Of a DNA stretch of 64,000 bases, positions 8,586-17,260 are shown one piece after another (within the stretch, counting starts at the first letter, position 1; each line of letters begins with the position of its first letter). The stretch lies in IMG/VR virus record IMGVR_UViG_3300045999_009829. One strand, 5' to 3'. The notes below the pieces were generated by a model, which was not told the DNA's origin, searched no databases, and saw only the letters and a list, made by a program, of their open reading frames with translations. Position numbers and translations under genes: made by a program. Source of the DNA: a virus.

Positions 8586-11003
8586 ATGGCGGAGTCACCG
8601 GCAAGCAACAGACCACTGCCGTCGCCGGTGGCTCCTGCCTCCGATAGGCCTAGGGTCAGTACCAGAGCCGCAGCTGGTACTGACGCCTCCAAGTCAGCAT
8701 TTCGTAGGTTTGGCTCTCTAGCCAGTACATTTGCAAAGAAGGTGGTAGTCGACGCAGCTCAGGCATACCGCGAGAGTAGACTTCAGACTATCAAGTCTAA
8801 GGAGATGGAAGTTGCGGCGGCAAATGTCCTGCGCATAAGTGAATCTGTGGAACTGCAGGACAGACAAAATGATATCCTAGCCAAGATCATTGCTGAGCTG
8901 AAAGGTCTTGATCTCAACCCTGACGGTGCAGGTGGAGAGTTGCCAGGTATCGGTGGTGGGCGTCCGAGACCTAGGCTTAGAGGTCGAAGAGGTAGGTTTG
9001 GCGCGCGTGGTCGCGAAAGACTGCGCCGCATGAGAGCTGCACAGAGAGTTCGTCGTGTGCAGGCAATAAGACAGCAAATCTCCAGACAGACACAAGCCGT
9101 CAGACAGGTTGTAAGAGAAACTGTAACTAGGGTAAGACCCCCAGTTCAGGCTAGACCCACTAGAATAGAGCCTACAATTCGAGCTCCAAGTCCTGCAGCA
9201 GCACCTAGACCCATTTTGATTCCTTCGGTGACACCGAGTCCTCGAGCACCCGAAGCTTCTAGACTTAGCGCCCAACAGTTAAGAGCGCAAATAAGATCCA
9301 GGATTCCAGCAGCTGCAAGAAGGGCGGCGGTTAGTTCCTTCAGGAGAATCATACCAGGACTTGCTATAGCTCTTGCAGCAATTCCTGTCTTGAATCGACT
9401 TAGAAACGGTGATTTTGTCGGTGCAGGCATAGAATTAGGAGCTGCTTTACTTGGCGCTATACCAGTTGTTGGTATCGCGGCTGGTGCAGCTGCAGCCACG
9501 GTGAACGAGTCACGAGAGATATACAGAGAACTCATCGGCGTATACCCGGAAAATGATCCCCATAACCCCGAAAGAGAAGAAATCTTCAGGGAAATAGTCA
9601 TACAGGTCGCTTCATATCTAAGTGAGGCTGCTGAAGAGCAAGCAAGAAGCAATAGGGAAAGAGTAGCTACAAGAGAGGCAGGACCTGCAGCTGGAGCTGC
9701 AGCTGAGTTTTATTCTGACCAGCCAGCGCCGTCACAGCTCGAAGTTCAAGCAGGCGGGGAAACGGACGCTGAAAGATCCGTAAGGGAAGCTCAGCGAGGT
9801 CAGGAAAGAAGGGTAGAGGAATCTAGACGCGAAACTGAAGAGATACAGAGACTCTGGCCAGAGATAACAGAGGCAACCAGAGACGTTACAGATCAGACCC
9901 TTCTTGAGAACTTACCCAGAGAATTGAGCGGCGGAGCTAGAATAGCGGAAAGAGAACTGTGGCTCAGAAGACAAAGGTATCAGCTTTACCTCGATAGGTC
10001 GAGAAGACAGAGTCCGGAAGCATCGGCACCGGTTCGAACAGAATTGACTCCTCCGCAGTCGGCGGAGACGGCACCTGATAGCGCTGCAAGACCATTGCCT
10101 GTTACGAGGCCTCCGACTAGTGGCACTACGCCAAGCGTATATGGAAACATTTCTAGAGTCGGCAGGGCTGTTTTTGGCGGTGTCACACCCAGAGCAACTA
10201 CTACACCATCAACCTCACCTATATCTCAAGTATCTGCATCGGCGCAGCGAACTGCAACGGTGCCTGTAACTCCGTCTATCAGTGGAGATGGCACCGGTGC
10301 GGGCGCATCAACTGGTACCATAACTGAGGTTGTGGAGAGGGGTCCTGGATTCAACGTGGTCAGGTACGATGACGGTAGGGTAGAGCGCAGAACCGGCGCT
10401 AGAAACTGGAGAAACAACAACCCGGGCAACATCGAGTTTGGTGACTTTGCTAGACGCCAGGGAGCCATCGGAACTGACGGTAGGTTTGCCATCTTCCCGA
10501 CGTACGATGTGGGTAGAAGAGCAAAAGAAGCGCTGCTGTTTAAGGGCAGGAATTACAGCGGTCTGACCATAGCTCAAGCTATCACTAGGTATGCACCGCC
10601 GTCCGAAAACGACACTGCGATGTACATCAGAGTCGCGGCCGCGGCTGCAGGTGTAGCGCCTAGCACGATGATGAGGGACCTAAACTCTGGCCAGAGACAG
10701 GCGCTGCTTGCTGCAATGGAGAGGATCGAAGGATTCCGTGTGGGCAGTGTCCAGGTCATACAGCAGGGAACCGCAGTAGCCTCAGCTGAACAAGCGCCGC
10801 CTGGTCCTGGTCCCGCTCTAGCTGCAGAGGGCGCACAGATGGCGGCAGCAGACCAGGCGCAAGCACGAGGTCAGGGCCAGGAAGTTGTAGTGCAGATTCC
10901 GCCTGCATCCTTGCCGCAGAGGATTGTTGCCGGCGAGCAACAAGCATCTATTGATAGAGGTGAAGTGTCCTTAAATAGAAGACTAGAAAAGCAGGTGGCG
11001 TGA
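8586..11003 (+). CDS. Tape-measure/gp29-like tail protein with a C-terminal lysozyme-like domain
   Basis: Ala/Arg-rich with a hydrophobic GAGIELGAALLGAIPVVG segment. The RNWRNNNPGNI...GRFAIFP....G...TIAQAITRYAPPSENDT..Y domain is typical of virion lysozyme-like domains. Follows gp26/gp51. Confidence 0.6.
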   Translation: MAESPASNRPLPSPVAPASDRPRVSTRAAAGTDASKSAFRRFGSLASTFAKKVVVDAAQAYRESRLQTIKSKEMEVAAANVLRISESVELQDRQNDILAKIIAELKGLDLNPDGAGGELPGIGGGRPRPRLRGRRGRFGARGRERLRRMRAAQRVRRVQAIRQQISRQTQAVRQVVRETVTRVRPPVQARPTRIEPTIRAPSPAAAPRPILIPSVTPSPRAPEASRLSAQQLRAQIRSRIPAAARRAAVSSFRRIIPGLAIALAAIPVLNRLRNGDFVGAGIELGAALLGAIPVVGIAAGAAAATVNESREIYRELIGVYPENDPHNPEREEIFREIVIQVASYLSEAAEEQARSNRERVATREAGPAAGAAAEFYSDQPAPSQLEVQAGGETDAERSVREAQRGQERRVEESRRETEEIQRLWPEITEATRDVTDQTLLENLPRELSGGARIAERELWLRRQRYQLYLDRSRRQSPEASAPVRTELTPPQSAETAPDSAARPLPVTRPPTSGTTPSVYGNISRVGRAVFGGVTPRATTTPSTSPISQVSASAQRTATVPVTPSISGDGTGAGASTGTITEVVERGPGFNVVRYDDGRVERRTGARNWRNNNPGNIEFGDFARRQGAIGTDGRFAIFPTYDVGRRAKEALLFKGRNYSGLTIAQAITRYAPPSENDTAMYIRVAAAAAGVAPSTMMRDLNSGQRQALLAAMERIEGFRVGSVQVIQQGTAVASAEQAPPGPGPALAAEGAQMAAADQAQARGQGQEVVVQIPPASLPQRIVAGEQQASIDRGEVSLNRRLEKQVA

Positions 11004-13942
11004 TGTCAGACAAGTACCCGGATAGCGATGAGGGAGTTGCGCAAAAGCCTCTTCCCAGGCGCAACAGAAAGCCTTATGAGGAATATACACCTGAAGATGT
11101 CAAGCTGCGACTGGATGAAGCAAGGAAGGATCTGACGGATCCGAAGAGTCCTCTTGCAAAGTTACTTTCCGATCCCGATGATCTCGAGAAGCATCTGGAG
11201 AAGGTAGAGAGACTTCTCATATCGTCAATAGAGAGGGCCTTTATAAAGGTCGGCAAAAAGTTTGACAGAAAAAGGTTCGTCAAGAGAGTATCAACCCTTC
11301 AGGGTAAGAGCAGACCTGCAGTCTCTAGTGATACAACTCCCGTAGAGCAAGCAGCGCCCATAGAGCAAAAGGTCATACCAGAAAAGAAAGAGCAGCCCAA
11401 GGCTGGCGCAGGTAAAACAATGCCTGTTCCGGACAAGACGTCAAAGCCGAAAGAAATTGAAAAGGTAGTAGTCGTAGACAAGAAGGGTGACCTCTCCAGC
11501 GTAAAAGTCGGTAATCTAGTTTCACCTCAGAAACCTGCGGGTGAGGAAGAGGATGAGGAAGAGGATGATACAAAGTCGAGGAGTCTTCTCGGTCGTGTCG
11601 GTAGAGATATGTTCTCCACGGCATTTCCTACCCTCACTAAACTAACTAAGACAATCAAGGGTGAGAAGAAGGGTGAGACGACAAAGGATAAGATGAAGCG
11701 TCTGGGTGGAGACGTTTTTAGAACTGCGTTTCCCACACTTGCTAAGGTCATTGAATACGTCAATGATGAAAAGAAAAAGAAGAGTACAGAGGGTGTAAGG
11801 GAAGCGACTAGAAGCCGTAAGGCTTTGGACAAGACAATGTCCATGGCAGAAGCCTTAAATGCTCTGTCAACTGAACAGAGAAAGAGTGTCGATCTTTTAG
11901 AGGATCTTTTGGAAGCAGTCAAGGGACTTCGCGGTCGACAAAGAGTTGGCATGCTTGGTCGATTTGGCAGAATGCTTGGAAGAGCGGCAGGCCTTGCTAG
12001 AAGCGCGGCGCCAGTGCTGGCAGGAGCCGCTGTAGTCGGTGCGGCAGGTTACGCGTTAACACAAAATCAAGCTAGACGTGAATCTGAAACACAGCCGCCA
12101 TCGCCTTCACCGGTGGGAAATACAAGAGTGGGGTCGAATGATGCACCGCCACCCATTGTTCAGCTATCAGAAGAGCAGAGGGAAATCTACAATCAGCTTG
12201 AATCTGCAATTTCAAGTGGCGTCTTGACTAGAGAACAGGCCGATCGAATTACAATAGGTCTACACTATGGAACGATGACAGCTGAGCAGGCTAGGGAAGA
12301 AATTGTTAATAACATTGCCATACCTCAAGCCAACAATGTACCAGCCGCTGGTACATCTGCAGTTCCGGCATTACCAGCACCACCAGCGCAAGTACCAGCA
12401 GTACCAGGCCCTGTAGCCACAGAGGTACCAGCACCACCAGCGCCACCAATCCAAGTACCAGCAGTACCAGCACCACCAGCGCTACCAATCCAAGTACCAG
12501 CAGTACCAGCACCACCAATCCAAGTACCAGCAGTACCGGGACTAGTGCCACCAGCGGTGCAAGTACCAGCAGTACCAGCACCACCAATCCAAGTACCAGC
12601 AGTACCAGCACCACCAATCCAAGTACCAGCAGTACCGGGACTAGTGCCACCAGCGGTGCAAGCACCTGCAGCACCAGCAACACCAGTAGCTCCGACACAA
12701 GTACCAGCAATTCCGAGTTCGGTAGCCACAGAGGCGCCAGCTTCAGCAACACCGGTGCAAGTACCTGCAGTGATTCCCAGTAACAATGCCGATCTTGTAA
12801 CCAGAGCAGCCGCAGGTGGAATGCTTAAAGATAGTGATTTGGTCTCAGATTCTAAGTCTTCGGTGACGACAATAACAGCAGAATCTCTTATCAAGAATGC
12901 ACCAACTCCAGACAGGACAAGTCCATCTGGGATGGGGCTGATCACAAAAACCAAAGCTGTAACATTTAAGGGCGGTGAGATTGAATTTGTCGGATCAGCA
13001 CCTAATCAGGTAGCAAAGTCGAATGTATCAACCATGCCTAGTATTGTTCCGTTTGGAGCCGCAGGTAGTGGTACTGTTACACCTGCACCCGCCCCTTCGG
13101 GCAGTGATTCATCTGAGGGAAGCGGCTCTCAGCAGCTCGCAAAAGAACAAGAAGGCGCTGCTGAAACCGGCAGTCTGACATTCGCGTCGGGTGTCGATCC
13201 CAGGATCAAGAAGGACATCGCTCAGAAGGTCCAGCAGATTGAGAGTGCATTCGGCAAGAAGCTCACGATCACCAGCGGCTTTAGAGATCCACATCGCAAC
13301 GCCGCCGCGGGAGGTGCAAGGAACTCCTCTCATACAAGAGCCAGCGCGGTCGACATCAGGTTCCAGGGCAACGAGGAAGAGACAAACAAGCTAGTTGAAG
13401 CGGCCTCGGCTGCGGGTATCGGCGGCATCGGTGTCTACAGGCCTGGTTGGGTCCACCTCGACGTAGAGTCCAGGCGAGTCTGGGGACCTGACTTTTCCGC
13501 TAGATCGGTTCCCGAGTGGTCCAAGGATACACTCCAGGCTCACATGACGGGACAGATCCAGAAGTCACCAGCGGGTGAGACTGCAGCAGAGCCAGTGGCG
13601 ACTAGTCCAGCATCGCCATCCATGGCAGAAGCGCCTAGCTCTGGCGGTAGCGAGGGTGGCGGTCAGATGGAGACCGGCGGTGGATCTTCACCAGTTCCGG
13701 CGCCAAAAGCCTCAGGAAACGAGATGGGTGCTGCAGTTGCAGGGGCATCCCAGGAAAATGCAATGGCTGAGAGAACGCCAGTGCCGCCCACCGTCACGGC
13801 CGTACAATCAGAATCTCCAGGTCAGGCGACTCCAGGTGCGGCGGTGTCGGGCGGTCCTGCGCAGAATCCAAATGATCCCGGTAATGTCGAGCCGGATGAT
13901 GCCGCAGAGAGATACGCCAAGCTGTTCAACATGGCGGCTTAA
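11000..13942 (+). CDS. Second long tail protein with Pro/Ala/Val repeats and a Peptidase_M15 (D-Ala-D-Ala Zn peptidase) domain
   Basis: ITSGFRDP..N...GGARNSSH....AVDI...GIGVY...WVHLD gives the M15 H-D-H ligand set. Confidence 0.7.
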   Translation: MMSDKYPDSDEGVAQKPLPRRNRKPYEEYTPEDVKLRLDEARKDLTDPKSPLAKLLSDPDDLEKHLEKVERLLISSIERAFIKVGKKFDRKRFVKRVSTLQGKSRPAVSSDTTPVEQAAPIEQKVIPEKKEQPKAGAGKTMPVPDKTSKPKEIEKVVVVDKKGDLSSVKVGNLVSPQKPAGEEEDEEEDDTKSRSLLGRVGRDMFSTAFPTLTKLTKTIKGEKKGETTKDKMKRLGGDVFRTAFPTLAKVIEYVNDEKKKKSTEGVREATRSRKALDKTMSMAEALNALSTEQRKSVDLLEDLLEAVKGLRGRQRVGMLGRFGRMLGRAAGLARSAAPVLAGAAVVGAAGYALTQNQARRESETQPPSPSPVGNTRVGSNDAPPPIVQLSEEQREIYNQLESAISSGVLTREQADRITIGLHYGTMTAEQAREEIVNNIAIPQANNVPAAGTSAVPALPAPPAQVPAVPGPVATEVPAPPAPPIQVPAVPAPPALPIQVPAVPAPPIQVPAVPGLVPPAVQVPAVPAPPIQVPAVPAPPIQVPAVPGLVPPAVQAPAAPATPVAPTQVPAIPSSVATEAPASATPVQVPAVIPSNNADLVTRAAAGGMLKDSDLVSDSKSSVTTITAESLIKNAPTPDRTSPSGMGLITKTKAVTFKGGEIEFVGSAPNQVAKSNVSTMPSIVPFGAAGSGTVTPAPAPSGSDSSEGSGSQQLAKEQEGAAETGSLTFASGVDPRIKKDIAQKVQQIESAFGKKLTITSGFRDPHRNAAAGGARNSSHTRASAVDIRFQGNEEETNKLVEAASAAGIGGIGVYRPGWVHLDVESRRVWGPDFSARSVPEWSKDTLQAHMTGQIQKSPAGETAAEPVATSPASPSMAEAPSSGGSEGGGQMETGGGSSPVPAPKASGNEMGAAVAGASQENAMAERTPVPPTVTAVQSESPGQATPGAAVSGGPAQNPNDPGNVEPDDAAERYAKLFNMAA
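12340..12770 (+). repeat. Coding tandem repeat, ~30-bp unit CAAGTACCAGCAGTACCAGCACCACCAATC (QVPAVPAPPI), with a higher-order duplication
   Basis: Directly visible; a ~70-bp block at ~12491-12563 recurs at ~12591-12663. Confidence 0.9.
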
Positions 13943-13949
13943 ACTAAGA

Positions 13950-13969
13950 GGGGGAGCCGAAGCTCCCCC
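13950..13969. terminator. Intrinsic terminator hairpin between convergent genes (cUUCGg tetraloop on the - strand)
   Basis: GGGGGAGC-TTCG-GCTCCCCC followed by TCTTAGTTT on the - strand, just after the gp32 stop. Confidence 0.85.
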
Positions 13970-13975
13970 GTAGTG

Positions 13976-14911
13976 TCAATCTGCAAGTCGCTTGAAGAAC
14001 GCCAAATCTTCGTCATCGTCGTCGACCGACTCAGTCTTGGCGGGAGCCGCCCTCGGAGCCTTGGGCTCCTGCCACGGCAGGTCGTCCTCGGTCGGAGAGG
14101 GCTTGCGAGCCGCTGCAGCCTGGCGGGCGGCCGCGGGCGCCACCGAGTCACCGGTCTCGTTCAGACCGAGTGCCCGATTGAGCTTGGCCTTGAGCTCGTC
14201 ATAGCTCTTGAAGTTTTCGGGAGCCAGGAACGGCTGCAGGAGGTGCTCAGACTTCCAAACAGACTCGAGCTTCTTGTCATCATCAAACAGAGGACCAGCG
14301 TCCGCAAACTCAGACTTGTCGTAGTTGCGGTAGCCCTCGACAGTGCGGATCTTGAGCTTGAAGTTAGCGCCCTCCCACATGTCGAACGGGTTCATCGGCT
14401 TCTCGTCCGCAAACTGAGGATTCATCGCCTCATTCAGCTTGTCGAAGATCTTCTTGCCGAACTTGAAGAGTTTGACCTTGCCGTTGTTCTCGGGATTGGC
14501 CTGGTCCTGCACGATGTAGATGTTGCAGATGTAGTTGAGCTTGCGCTTCTGTGCCCGGGCCTGCTTGCGACCAGGAGAGTTGTCGTCGGTCGACTCATTC
14601 CAGAGCTTGGAGTTGAGTTCACCGACCGGATCCTGCTTGCCGATGGTGGTCAGAGAGTTCTCGATGTACCAGACGCCGGTCGGGCCCTTGAAGCCGTGCT
14701 CAAACATCCGGACGAACGGAACGTCCTCATCACCAGGAGCGGGAAGGAAGCGAATGACAGCGTAGCCGTTGCCAGCCTTGTCGACCGCAGGATACCAGAA
14801 GCGGTCATCACCGCCCTTGGATTCAGACTGAGTGTTGAGCTTGGATAGCTCCTGCGTGAGCTTTTCGAGAGAGCTCTTGCCGCTGCGGTTCTTGAGTGCA
14901 GAAAAGTCCAT
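13976..14911 (-). CDS. gp32: Single-stranded DNA-binding protein gp32
   Basis: DDRFWYP..DKAGNGYAVIRFLPAP, HGF.GP.G.WYIENSLTT, FGKKIFDK, GANFKLKIR, acidic tail. Start placed at MDFSALK (GGAG upstream). Confidence 0.97.
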   Translation of the reverse strand: MDFSALKNRSGKSSLEKLTQELSKLNTQSESKGGDDRFWYPAVDKAGNGYAVIRFLPAPGDEDVPFVRMFEHGFKGPTGVWYIENSLTTIGKQDPVGELNSKLWNESTDDNSPGRKQARAQKRKLNYICNIYIVQDQANPENNGKVKLFKFGKKIFDKLNEAMNPQFADEKPMNPFDMWEGANFKLKIRTVEGYRNYDKSEFADAGPLFDDDKKLESVWKSEHLLQPFLAPENFKSYDELKAKLNRALGLNETGDSVAPAAARQAAAARKPSPTEDDLPWQEPKAPRAAPAKTESVDDDDEDLAFFKRLAD

Positions 14912-14978
14912 GTGTATGTCTCCGTATGTTTGTATGTTCTGTTTGTGTGTATCGGGGTCTGTATTGGCGACCCAAATG

Positions 14979-15010
14979 TATTTATACATCACTCAGAGAA
15001 GAAGTCAACC
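14979..15010 (-). promoter_or_regulatory. Overlapping early (TTGACT-16-TATAAA) and late (TATAAATA) promoters of gp32
   Basis: The - strand reads GGTTGACTTCTTCTCTGAGTGATGTATAAATA. Confidence 0.65.
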
Positions 15011-15567
15011 AAAGTCTTCTTGATCTTCTCTCTGTCGTACCTGACGAACGGGGTGTACTTCCTGATGAAGAGTCCCATCTCGTCCCAAACTGGGTCAAAC
15101 ACTAGCTCTTGATCCCAGTGCTTTAGGCAGCCAGTGAGGTCCGCTATGATGCAGACGGTCTCTGGCTGTACTTCCTCAGAGAATAGCAGTCTGAGGAGAG
15201 TCGGATGCTCGTTGTCCTTGACTATCAAGTTGGAATCGAAGGGTGCATCGAGTTTGGAAAGGTCTGACTTGAACGCGTAGGTCAGGGACTGCATGCGCTT
15301 GGTCCAGTCCAAGTAAGTCTGTTCGGCTTCTTCCGAGTACGCGATGTCACGAACCCAGAGCTTTGGATTCCTGACAAAGTTTGCCAGCATGAGTCCGTGT
15401 GGATCCCTATGCTTGGCGATCTTCTGGAAGAACATGGCGTCCTTCCTCTTACTGAAGGACTCTGGGCTGGCGCCGCTCTTGCCGTTGTACTTGAAGTAGT
15501 CGTACTTGGGGTTGTTGAAATGGCTCTTCAGGGCAAGGTAGTTTCTATAGACCTCGAAGGGTGTCAC
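14989..15567 (-). CDS. gp59: Helicase loader gp59
   Basis: FEVY..YLALK.HF....YDYFKY.GK...SF.KRKD..FF.K...KY.PF. Probable GTG start overlaps the gp33 stop. Confidence 0.92.
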   Translation of the reverse strand: MTPFEVYRNYLALKSHFNNPKYDYFKYNGKSGASPESFSKRKDAMFFQKIAKHRDPHGLMLANFVRNPKLWVRDIAYSEEAEQTYLDWTKRMQSLTYAFKSDLSKLDAPFDSNLIVKDNEHPTLLRLLFSEEVQPETVCIIADLTGCLKHWDQELVFDPVWDEMGLFIRKYTPFVRYDREKIKKTLVDFFSE

Positions 15568-15788
15568 AGCGGCAACCGAGCAGTCTTCTTCAGGTAGTTG
15601 AGGCTCTCTGCGTCGAGCTGGATCTCGTGTAGGATGTTGGGATCCGTCTTGACTAGAGACGCCGCAAGCTCGACTTCGACCTTGTTGATGTCGCACCAGT
15701 GCACCACCGCGTCGATGAAGTCCATATCAAAGTCCTTGATCATCTTATAGATGTCAGAGCGAAAGTTGCTGATCTTTTCCTGTAGCAT
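15564..15788 (-). CDS. gp33: Late transcription coactivator gp33
   Basis: IDAVVHWC..N.VEVE.AA.L.....AE.LNYLKKTARLPL; conserved gp33-gp59-gp32 order. Confidence 0.85.
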   Translation of the reverse strand: MLQEKISNFRSDIYKMIKDFDMDFIDAVVHWCDINKVEVELAASLVKTDPNILHEIQLDAESLNYLKKTARLPL

Positions 15789-15789
15789 G

Positions 15790-16470
15790 TCAATCCCAAA
15801 GGCTCTGGTAGTACTTGGCAAACAGACGCCGTCCATTCTCAATGCGCTTGTAGGCAGCATTCCTGCCTTCTAGGTCAATCTTGAATGTGTGATTTGGTCC
15901 CTCAACCAACTTGCTGTATCCTGTCCCCTCGACCTTTTCAAGGACAAGGTCCGTATCACCGGAATAGTATTGAGTTTCCCAGTCATCCGCAGCATGCTGC
16001 TCAAATGCCCAGATCATCTCGTCGAGGACCCAATTCCAGCGCTGTTCCCAAAGATCATCGGTGTGTCCGGTATTCTTCTCCTCCTCAGTCAGAGGTGTGG
16101 CAGCAGTGGCACGAAGACGCTCAGGAACATCCTCATCGTCGACAAATGGGGAACCTTGCTTCTGCTCCTTGAGCTTCTTCAGAACAGGAACAATGATCAG
16201 TGCAAGAGTGTGTTCTGCGTTCCAAACATCGTAACCGTCAATGTGAACGTTGATCCTCCGCTTCTGCCTCTCATAGTTCCACTCGCAAAATCTACTGAGA
16301 CCTGGGATTTTGCAAAGCAGATCTGCAAGCTTGTGGATTGCGATAGAGTCTGGATGGTTCTCAAGGGGGTTGTCTTTGTTGATTGCATACCTGTTCTTCC
16401 AAAATAGGATCTTTTCAGCAATCTGGACAGTTCCGACCCACTCTGTGTATGGTCCGATGTAGACCTTCAT
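15790..16470 (-). CDS. Conserved hypothetical phage protein
   Basis: 226-aa ORF with TLA.II.P.LK.LK..K.GSP.VDDEDVPE and RW.WVLDEMIWAF motifs. Confidence 0.7.
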   Translation of the reverse strand: MKVYIGPYTEWVGTVQIAEKILFWKNRYAINKDNPLENHPDSIAIHKLADLLCKIPGLSRFCEWNYERQKRRINVHIDGYDVWNAEHTLALIIVPVLKKLKEQKQGSPFVDDEDVPERLRATAATPLTEEEKNTGHTDDLWEQRWNWVLDEMIWAFEQHAADDWETQYYSGDTDLVLEKVEGTGYSKLVEGPNHTFKIDLEGRNAAYKRIENGRRLFAKYYQSLWD

Positions 16471-16646
16471 CGCGTCACCTCAATCATGCAGAATGTGGTG
16501 GACACCTCGGCGCCGAGAGCCGTAAGTGTGGATTCAACCGCAAGTGCATCGGTCACACACTGCTGCACGTTTGGGGTCTCCAGACGGACGGTCTTGATCT
16601 CTCCATTGAGAATAAAGACTGCCACTACAAACATAGCCAAGTTCAT
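16467..16646 (-). CDS. Small hypothetical protein
   Basis: ATG at 16646 with AAGGA upstream; the upstream extension in the track overlaps a tRNA. Confidence 0.5.
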   Translation of the reverse strand: MNLAMFVVAVFILNGEIKTVRLETPNVQQCVTDALAVESTLTALGAEVSTTFCMIEVTR

Positions 16647-16667
16647 GATATATTCCTTCACGCATTT

Positions 16668-16743
16668 TGGTGGGCCCGGCAGGACTTGAACCCGCAACCA
16701 AACCGTTATGAGCGGTCCGCTCTGACCATTGAGCTACAGGCCC
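16668..16743 (-). tRNA. tRNA-Ile2 (CAT anticodon, probably lysidine-modified to read AUA); Met is the alternative
   Basis: GGGCCTGTAGCTCAATGGTCAGAGCGGACCGCTCATAACGGTTTGGTTGCGGGTTCAAGTCCTGCCGGGCCCACCA forms a full cloverleaf with encoded CCA. Confidence 0.88.
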
Positions 16744-17024
16744 TATTCGTCATCACCCTCATGCATTATGGCATGGGTGGCTTCTAAGTCAATCCTACAG
16801 ATGGTAAAGAAGAGTGCTGCAAAAAATGCAACAACGGCCGTAGAGGCAACATCAAAGAAAAACCAGGTCACAAGGACCACCGCAATGCCGTTGTAGACCG
16901 TCATGAGGACCCTGCTTACAAACTCTTCAAAGTCTTCGTTGTAAGCCGCTAATGAAGCTACCGTGAACAGAGCGCAGTGATGCGCTACATATCCAAGGGC
17001 CAGGTAGAGAAATAAAAGCCACAT
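16743..17024 (-). CDS. Hypothetical membrane protein
   Basis: 93 aa with three hydrophobic segments; SD GGAG upstream. Confidence 0.55.
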   Translation of the reverse strand: MWLLFLYLALGYVAHHCALFTVASLAAYNEDFEEFVSRVLMTVYNGIAVVLVTWFFFDVASTAVVAFFAALFFTICRIDLEATHAIMHEGDDE

Positions 17025-17046
17025 GGCCTAAGCTCCGTGAGAAATT

Positions 17047-17120
17047 TGGCGAAGGTGCCCAGATTCGAACTGGGACTAGCGGTTTTGGAGACCGCCGTGC
17101 TACCGTTACACCACACCGAC
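17047..17120 (-). tRNA. tRNA-Trp (CCA)
   Basis: GTCGGTGTGGTGTAACGGTAGCACGGCGGTCTCCAAAACCGCTAGTCCCAGTTCGAATCTGGGCACCTTCGCCA; G73 discriminator; two acceptor-stem mismatches. Confidence 0.85.
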
Positions 17121-17122
17121 AC

Positions 17123-17178
17123 AGCAAGAGGCTCCGTTTGGTATCTTTCGATACGACTGCCGAGGTGTTCCTCTTGCT
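17123..17178 (-). ncRNA. Structured inter-tRNA element (possible small RNA)
   Basis: A 9-bp closing stem AGCAAGAGG/CCTCTTGCT encloses the hairpin GTATC-GAAA-GATAC. Confidence 0.4.
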
Positions 17179-17182
17179 AACT

Positions 17183-17258
17183 TGGCGGTCCCGGAGGGAT
17201 TCGAACCCCCACCTTACAGCTTAGAAGGCTGTTGCCCTATCCATTGGACCACGGGACC
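17183..17258 (-). tRNA. tRNA-Arg (TCT)
   Basis: GGTCCCGTGGTCCAATGGATAGGGCAACAGCCTTCTAAGCTGTAAGGTGGGGGTTCGAATCCCTCCGGGACCGCCA. Confidence 0.92.
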
Positions 17259-17260
17259 AT

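Noticed and set aside
12340-12770. Possible CRISPR array
   Set aside because: The repeats are contiguous, in-frame coding units without unique spacers, and no cas genes are present.
13973-14848. 291-aa + strand ORF (and similar ones at 18983-19990, 31833-32366, 58364-59230)
   Set aside because: These lie antisense to well-supported genes (gp32, DUF932, rnh, late genes) and are explained by codon bias.
14912-14992. N-terminal extensions of gp32, gp59, gp33, hddA, nrdB and the SNase in the ORF track
   Set aside because: Conserved starts with SD sequences or stop/start overlaps lie downstream, and the extensions overlap neighbouring genes or leaders.
16927-17127. ORFs overlapping tRNAs (also the 5' extension 16647-16697)
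   Set aside because: The sequence is explained by tRNA cloverleaves.
17121-17182. Hammerhead ribozyme or c-di-GMP riboswitch identity for the inter-tRNA structure
   Set aside because: It lacks the CUGANGA core and the second stem of c-di-GMP-I; kept only as an unclassified structure.
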